A stretch of 64,000 nucleotides of DNA from Bacteroidales bacterium (GTDB lineage: Bacteria; Bacteroidota; Bacteroidia; Bacteroidales; FEN-979), in contig OY759717.1 in assembly GCA_963662525.1 (NCBI GenBank), positions 1,608,392 to 1,672,391 on the forward strand. The letters are read 5' to 3'. Shown here one piece after another: positions 58,161 to 64,000 of this stretch. Under the pieces are notes generated by a model. It did no database searches. It was given only the letters and a program-made list of their open reading frames with translations, and was not told the DNA's origin. Within the stretch, counting starts at the first letter, position 1, and each line of letters starts with the position of its first letter. Position numbers and translations under genes: made by a program.

Positions 58161-58184
58161 TGAAACATTTGTAAACCTTCCCAG

Positions 58185-59282
58185 ATGGCAAAATCGATTC
58201 ACAACTATTGCGTGATCATGGCCGGGGGGATAGGCGCCCGGTTCTGGCCCATGAGCCGCACCTCTCATCCCAAGCAATTCATCGATATTTTAGGAACAGG
58301 GGAAACCCTTATCCAGCAAACCTTTAACCGTTTTAAAAAGATCTGTCCCCGGGAAAATATTTACATCGTCACCAATGAAATCTATAAAAGCCTGGTGAAG
58401 GAACAGATACCAGAGCTGGATTGCCGGCAAATACTGCTCGAACCTTCCCGCAGGAACACGGCTCCCTGCATTGCCTACGCCAACTATTGCATCCTGGAAA
58501 GAGACCCGGAAGCCCGGATCGTAGTCGCCCCTTCCGATCATATCATCCTGAAAGAAGAAGTCTTCCTGAACGACATAGAATCGGCGCTGAAAGCAGCTTC
58601 CGGTCATGACTGGCTGCTGACCCTGGGCATTCGTCCCAGCCGCCCCGATACCGGCTATGGCTACATCCAGTACAGCGAAGGCGTTGTTTATCCCGACAAT
58701 CATCATCTCCGGAAAGTAAAAACATTCACCGAAAAGCCCAACCTCGAATTAGCAGAGACTTTCCTTAAATGCGGAGACTTTCTCTGGAATTCAGGGATTT
58801 TTATCTGGTCTCTGAAAAGCATCATGAAGGCTTTTAAAGAACACCTCCCGGAAGTTGACGTGCTGTTCAGCCAGGGACAGGGAAAATTCGGGACCAAAGA
58901 AGAAAAGAATTTTATTTCCGAAACCTATTCCATCTGCAAAAGCATTTCCATCGACTATGGGGTCATGGAAAAAGCCAACAATGTGTATGTGCTGTCGGCA
59001 GATTTCGGCTGGTCCGACCTGGGAACCTGGGGCTCCCTTTATGAAAACCGTCCCCAGGATGCACAGGGCAATGCCATCGTGGGTAAGAATGTACTGATGT
59101 ATGATTCCTCCAACTGCATTGTCAACATGCCCAATGACAAGGTGGTTGTGTTAGAGGGAATGAACGACTTCATCGTGGTGGAATCGGAGAATGTATTGCT
59201 GGTTTGCCGCAAAACCGACGAACAGCAGATCCGGCAGTTCGTCAACGACGTCCGCCTCGAAAAAGGCGAGAAGTTCGTGTAA
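58185..59282 (+). CDS. manC: Mannose-1-phosphate guanylyltransferase
   Basis: IMAGGIGARFWPMSR..PKQF, EPSRRNTAP, TGYGYI, FTEKP, WNSGIF, WSDLGTW. Confidence 0.96.
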   Translation: MAKSIHNYCVIMAGGIGARFWPMSRTSHPKQFIDILGTGETLIQQTFNRFKKICPRENIYIVTNEIYKSLVKEQIPELDCRQILLEPSRRNTAPCIAYANYCILERDPEARIVVAPSDHIILKEEVFLNDIESALKAASGHDWLLTLGIRPSRPDTGYGYIQYSEGVVYPDNHHLRKVKTFTEKPNLELAETFLKCGDFLWNSGIFIWSLKSIMKAFKEHLPEVDVLFSQGQGKFGTKEEKNFISETYSICKSISIDYGVMEKANNVYVLSADFGWSDLGTWGSLYENRPQDAQGNAIVGKNVLMYDSSNCIVNMPNDKVVVLEGMNDFIVVESENVLLVCRKTDEQQIRQFVNDVRLEKGEKFV

Positions 59283-59302
59283 AAACGGCGAAGGGAAACA
59301 TA

Positions 59303-60934
59303 TTACTCAAACACAATCTTCCCCGAATAGTTCTTTTTACCATTGCTGAGAATGGCCGTGTACATTCCTTTGGCCTGGGCTTCGATGTTTAGTTTTATTT
59401 TGTCTTCAGCGATTTCAACTGCCGATTGCTGAATCAGTCTCCCTTTGTTATCGAAAATCTGCAGCCTGAGGTTTTTCTCCTTTTTAAATTCATCAGGAAT
59501 GCTGATGTTGCACTTGCCAGTATTGGGGTTGGCATAGATGAGCAACGAATTTTGTTCTTTTTTTGGGGGGTCTTCCAGGCCGGTAATGGCGGAGCATTTG
59601 GCGAGAATAATATCTGTACCTCCATAGGAATTAAAGACTTTTGAACCTAATGAAGTGGAACCCGAAAACAGATACGTAAAATACGGATTACCTTCGGTGT
59701 CATTGCAGATGCCCGATCCCCAGCCGTTTCCGAAAGAATATGCGCCAAGACATTTCCCAGAGTTATCGTAACTGGTCATGAACATATCCTCATTCGAAAT
59801 TGATTTAACCTGAAAATCATCAAACCGCGTTGTCCCGCTATAGTGACCTGTTACCGTGATCTTTCCATTTCTATCGGTTGCCAAACTGAATCCTTCTGTG
59901 TAATAACTGCTAACCGTTTGCCTTGCCCATAATGGTTTTCCGGTTTTATCATATTTCACTAAAAACATCTCCTTTTTTCCTGTTTTTGGCGCTAAAAAAG
60001 TACCGCTGAAATTGATGGAATCACGAAAATATCCTGTTTGAAAGATATTCCCATCTACATCAATGGCAATATCTGAAACAGACTCGGTGATATGGGATAT
60101 CCCTTCCCTGAGCCATTTTGCATCTCCTTTAGAATCAAAACAACAGATCAGGCTACTCCAAAATCCTTTATGCGCAATAATAATGGTGTCTATTCTTACT
60201 GTATCATCAACCTCCAAGCATCCGCCAACAATAATATCCGAATCAACTATCTTCAGCCCAGGCGTTCTGATCTGAGACCATGCAAATTTATTTTTAGCCC
60301 ATTGACATTTCCCATCCTGGTTGAATTTTGCCAGGAAACCTCCTCTTGGAATCTCAAAATCATCAAAATTGGCAGTTAATGAATTTGAACCACACATATA
60401 AATACATCCGTTTTTATCAAAAGCAATTTTTGATGCTCTGTCATCTCCAACTCCACCCGCTTGAGTACCCCAAACACAATTGCCATCGAGGTTATATTTT
60501 AAGAGGAAAATGTCCAATCCCCCCCTGGAGGTCATAACGCACGAACCAAAGCTTACGGCTCCATAAAAACTACCAGAGATGAAAATGTGGTTGGAAACAT
60601 TGTCATAATTCACTTTGATGAATTCAAATGATTCTTCGTTCCAGCCCCCGATCTGTCGCACCCAGAGTTCCTTTCCTGTTGGATCGTACTTTACCAGAAA
60701 GAGATCATTGACCCCGTGCCTGACCAAAGTATCTGTTTGAAAGTAGCAAAAAATACCCTGAAATCCTCCCGCGAAATAAAAGTTTCCTTCATTATCGCAA
60801 CAACCTGATCCCCCGGAATCATAATATTCGCTTCCGATTTGATTCGACCAGAAAAAAGTTTGACCATTGACCGTATTAAAGTTGAATATTGCACAGGTCA
60901 AGACAAAACCGATAATAAAAAATATTATTTTCAT
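59303..60934 (-). CDS. T9SS-secreted beta-propeller (SBBP-like repeat) protein, copy 1
   Basis: Signal peptide; repeated D.FL.KY...G...W blades; type A CTD-like LLIYANPNTG..KGMY..SGKIVFE; start 60934 gives the same length as copy 2. Confidence 0.88.
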   Translation of the reverse strand: MKIIFFIIGFVLTCAIFNFNTVNGQTFFWSNQIGSEYYDSGGSGCCDNEGNFYFAGGFQGIFCYFQTDTLVRHGVNDLFLVKYDPTGKELWVRQIGGWNEESFEFIKVNYDNVSNHIFISGSFYGAVSFGSCVMTSRGGLDIFLLKYNLDGNCVWGTQAGGVGDDRASKIAFDKNGCIYMCGSNSLTANFDDFEIPRGGFLAKFNQDGKCQWAKNKFAWSQIRTPGLKIVDSDIIVGGCLEVDDTVRIDTIIIAHKGFWSSLICCFDSKGDAKWLREGISHITESVSDIAIDVDGNIFQTGYFRDSINFSGTFLAPKTGKKEMFLVKYDKTGKPLWARQTVSSYYTEGFSLATDRNGKITVTGHYSGTTRFDDFQVKSISNEDMFMTSYDNSGKCLGAYSFGNGWGSGICNDTEGNPYFTYLFSGSTSLGSKVFNSYGGTDIILAKCSAITGLEDPPKKEQNSLLIYANPNTGKCNISIPDEFKKEKNLRLQIFDNKGRLIQQSAVEIAEDKIKLNIEAQAKGMYTAILSNGKKNYSGKIVFE

Positions 60935-60976
60935 ATGGCATTTCATTAGTGCCTAATGATAAAAATTATTTTTTAA

Positions 60977-61013
60977 CCCCCTTCCCTGGCAGGGTAAGAG
61001 CCTGGGAAGGGGG
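60977..61013 (-). repeat. Hairpin immediately after the copy 2 stop codon
   Basis: CCCCCTTCCCTGGC-AGGGTAAGA-GCCTGGGAAGGGGG. Confidence 0.8.
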
Positions 61014-61018
61014 CGCGA

Positions 61019-62650
61019 TCACTCAAACACAATCTTCCCCGAATAGTTCTTTTTGCTATTGCTGAGGATGGCCATGTATATTCCCTTGGCCTGGGCTTCG
61101 ATGTTCAGTTTTATTTTGTCTTCAGCGATTTCAACAGCTGCCTGCTGGATCAATCTCCCTTTGTTGTCGAAAATCTGCAACCTGAGATTTTTATCATTCT
61201 TAAATTCATCCGGAATGCTGATGTTGCACTTGCCGGTATTGGGGTTGGCATAGATGAGCAACGAATTTTGTTCGTTTTTTGGGGGTTCTTCCAGACCGGT
61301 GATGGCCGAGCATTTGGCTATAATAATATCTGTACTTCCATAGGAATTAAAAACTTTTGAACCTAATGAAGTGGAACCCGAAAACAGAAATGTAAAATAC
61401 GGATTACCTTCGGTGTCATTGCAGATGCCCGATCCCAAGCCGTTTCCGAAAGAATATGCACCAAGACATTTCCCAGAGTTATCGTAACTGGTCATGAACA
61501 TATCCTCATTCGAAATTGATTTAACCTGAAAATCATCAAATCGCGTTAACCCACTGTAGTGACCTGTTACAGTGATCTTTCCATTTCTATCTGTTGCCAG
61601 GCCGAATCCTTCTGCATAATAACTGCTAACAGTTTGCCTTGCCCATAAGGTTTTTCCGGTTTTATCATATTTAACTAAAAACATCTCCTGTTTTCCTGTT
61701 TTTGGCGCTAAAAAAGTACCGCTGAAATTAATGGAATCAACAAAATATCCTGTTTGAAATATATTCCCATTTACATCAAGGGCAATATCCGAAACAGACT
61801 CAGTGTAAAGGGATATCCCTTCCCTGAGCCATTTTGCATCTCCTTTAGAATCAAAACAACAGATCAGGCTACTGCAAAATCCTTTATGTGCAATGACTAT
61901 TGTATCTATCCTTACCGTATCATCTACTCCCAGGCATCCGCCAACAATAATGTCCGAATCAACTATCTTCAGTCCAGGCGTTCTGATCTGAGACCAGGCA
62001 AATTTATTTTTAGCCCATTGACATTTCCCATCCTGGTTGAATTTTGCCAGGAAACCTCCTATTGGAATCTCAAAATTATCAAAATTTGCAGGTAAAGAAT
62101 TTGAACCACACATATAAATACATCCGTTTTTATCAAAAGCAATTTTTGAGGCTTTGTCATCTCCAACTCCACCCGCTTGAGTACCCCAAACACAATAGCC
62201 ATCGAGGTTATATTTTAAGAGGAAAATGTCCAATCCCCCCCGGGAGGTCATAATGCACGAACCAAAGCTTACGGCTCCATAAAAACTACCAGAGATGAAA
62301 ATGTGGTTGGAAGCATTGTCATAATTCACTTTGATGAATTCAAATGATTCTTCGTTCCAGCCCCCGATCTGTCGCACCCAGAGTTCCTTTCCTGTTGGAT
62401 CGTACTTTACCAGAAAGAGATCATTGACCCCGTGCCTGACCAAAGTATCGGTTTGAAAGTAACAAAAAATACCCTGAAATCCTCCTGCGAAATAAAAGTT
62501 TCCTTCATTATCGCAACAACCTGATCCCCCGGAATCATAATATTCGCTTCCGATTTGATTCGACCAGAAAAAAGTTTGACCATTGACCGTATTAAAGTTG
62601 AATATTGCACAGGTCAAGACAAAACAGATAATAAAAAATATTTTTTTCAT
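61019..62650 (-). CDS. T9SS-secreted beta-propeller protein, copy 2
   Basis: About 34 aa differences from copy 1 over 543 aa by manual count. Confidence 0.9.
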   Translation of the reverse strand: MKKIFFIICFVLTCAIFNFNTVNGQTFFWSNQIGSEYYDSGGSGCCDNEGNFYFAGGFQGIFCYFQTDTLVRHGVNDLFLVKYDPTGKELWVRQIGGWNEESFEFIKVNYDNASNHIFISGSFYGAVSFGSCIMTSRGGLDIFLLKYNLDGYCVWGTQAGGVGDDKASKIAFDKNGCIYMCGSNSLPANFDNFEIPIGGFLAKFNQDGKCQWAKNKFAWSQIRTPGLKIVDSDIIVGGCLGVDDTVRIDTIVIAHKGFCSSLICCFDSKGDAKWLREGISLYTESVSDIALDVNGNIFQTGYFVDSINFSGTFLAPKTGKQEMFLVKYDKTGKTLWARQTVSSYYAEGFGLATDRNGKITVTGHYSGLTRFDDFQVKSISNEDMFMTSYDNSGKCLGAYSFGNGLGSGICNDTEGNPYFTFLFSGSTSLGSKVFNSYGSTDIIIAKCSAITGLEEPPKNEQNSLLIYANPNTGKCNISIPDEFKNDKNLRLQIFDNKGRLIQQAAVEIAEDKIKLNIEAQAKGIYMAILSNSKKNYSGKIVFE

Positions 62651-62689
62651 AACAAGGATTGTTCATAATCATACCCATCCCCCCCTATA

Positions 62690-62726
62690 CCTCCTTCTCT
62701 GGCAGGGTAAGAGCCAGAGAAGGGGG
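62690..62726 (-). repeat. Hairpin immediately after the copy 3 stop codon
   Basis: CCTCCTTCTCTGGC-AGGGTAAGA-GCCAGAGAAGGGGG; same loop as 60977-61013. Confidence 0.8.
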
Positions 62727-62731
62727 CGCTC

Positions 62732-64000
62732 TCACTCAAACACGATCTTCCCGCTGTAACTTTTTTTGCCATTGGTGAGGATGGCGGTATATACTCCTTT
62801 CGCCTGTGCTTCGATGTTGAGCTTGATCTTCCCTTCGGTGACCATCACCGGTTCCTGTTGGATCAACCGGCCATTCAGATCGAAAATCTGCAGGGTGAGG
62901 TTTTTTTCATTCACAAACTCCTCCGGCATGGTGATGGTGCACTTGCCGGTGTTGGGGTTGGCATAGATGAGCAAACGGTTTTGCTGCGTTTTGGGCATCT
63001 CTGAAACGCCGGTGATGGCTGAGCATTTGGCGAATATAAAATCTGAAGAACCATAAGATTCATAGGTGTTGTGACCAACCTGAGTCGTATATTCAAAGTT
63101 AACTAAAAATGAAGGATTGCCATCGGAGTCCTGAGACAACCCGTTGCCCCTGCCATTGGCAAAATTGATCACCCCTTTGCATTCGCCATTCGCATTGTAG
63201 CGCGAAAGAAAGAAATCATTGCTGCTGAGGGAGGTGATTTTATAGTTCCCAAATGTGGCCTGGCCTTTAAAATAGCCGGTAATATAAGAATCTCCCTTGT
63301 CATTTGATATAATATCTACTCCTTCTGCAATCGAGGCTCTCGTTTGTTTTAACCACTGAACCTTTCCATTCTTATCTAATTTAACAAGAAACAGATCTGT
63401 CATTCCTGCCCAGGTTGTTAACAGATTCCCCGAGAAAGAGATTGTATCCCTGAAACAGCCCGTATAATAAATATTCCCGGTTTTATCCATGGCAAGATCA
63501 GAATATGAATAGGTCATTTTCGATATTCCTTCCGTGACCCACCGCACATTGCCCTCCCTGTCGAAACACATGATCATGCTGCTCCCGTATCCCTTATGGT
63601 CAATTTTTATGGTGTCGATGAAGATGGTCTTGTCGCAGGTCATGTACCCGGCGATAAACAAATTGTTGTTGTAGTACTTAATTCCTGTGATGTCAACCTG
63701 GGAATTTGAACCGATTTTTTTCTTTGCCCAGATGCAATTCCCGTTGCTGTCGAACCGAGCAATAAAACCTCCCGGTTCAACTCGTATCGAATCAAAGAAA
63801 ACGGTTGTGGTGATACGGCCGGTAACATAAATATCTTTATTTCCAGCAAGAGTTAATGCACTGAAGCCTGAGAACAAACTGACACCGGAAAATGTCTTCA
63901 TCCAAATAACATTGCCATCGGTATCAAGTTTTGAAATAAAAAAAACTGTTCCCTGTGCTGTGCCATAAATCTGACCTGTGCAATATATCATGTTTGATGA
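62732..64000 (-). CDS. T9SS-secreted beta-propeller protein, copy 3 (divergent; 5' end beyond the window)
   Basis: Frame open to the edge; same blade motifs and a closely related CTD (LLIYANPNTGKC..SGKIVFE). Confidence 0.88.
   Translation of the reverse strand, partial: SSNMIYCTGQIYGTAQGTVFFISKLDTDGNVIWMKTFSGVSLFSGFSALTLAGNKDIYVTGRITTTVFFDSIRVEPGGFIARFDSNGNCIWAKKKIGSNSQVDITGIKYYNNNLFIAGYMTCDKTIFIDTIKIDHKGYGSSMIMCFDREGNVRWVTEGISKMTYSYSDLAMDKTGNIYYTGCFRDTISFSGNLLTTWAGMTDLFLVKLDKNGKVQWLKQTRASIAEGVDIISNDKGDSYITGYFKGQATFGNYKITSLSSNDFFLSRYNANGECKGVINFANGRGNGLSQDSDGNPSFLVNFEYTTQVGHNTYESYGSSDFIFAKCSAITGVSEMPKTQQNRLLIYANPNTGKCTITMPEEFVNEKNLTLQIFDLNGRLIQQEPVMVTEGKIKLNIEAQAKGVYTAILTNGKKSYSGKIVFE

Noticed and set aside
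59303-62650. Diversity-generating retroelement template/variable repeat pair
   Set aside because: Both copies are full-length ORFs, differences involve all four bases including synonymous sites, and no reverse transcriptase is in the window

Overview
Gene-dense chromosomal segment of an anaerobic or facultative Bacteroidota bacterium (TAnnTTTG promoters, T9SS cargo, Bacteroidota-type atp/nuo organisation). Left to right: a partial sensor histidine kinase; an ECF sigma/FecR/STN-repeat protein/TonB-dependent receptor module; an ABC exporter; a complete hdrCBA-flxDCBA cluster with a perfect Rex-like palindrome at its promoter; a fatty-acid desaturase; a PstS-like/TPR/ExbB/ExbD/ExbD/TonB cluster; an 11-subunit complex I (nuoABCDHIJKLMN, no nuoEFG); ferritin; atpBEFHAG; TolC/adaptor/tsaB/ispG; envelope-glycan genes; pgk; mlaEF; SprT; manC; and a tandem array of at least three T9SS-secreted beta-propeller paralogues running off the right edge. 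No rRNA, tRNA, CRISPR array, transposase or integrase was recognised. Most notable: (i) the Rex-boxed Flx-Hdr cluster near a headless complex I, (ii) an ECF/FecR system whose STN signalling domain is on a repeat-containing non-TBDT outer-membrane protein, and (iii) a family of 7-11 bp tandem arrays and GC-rich palindromes that sit at stop codons and have entered protein-coding genes in frame. All calls are by eye from motifs; no database searches were run.
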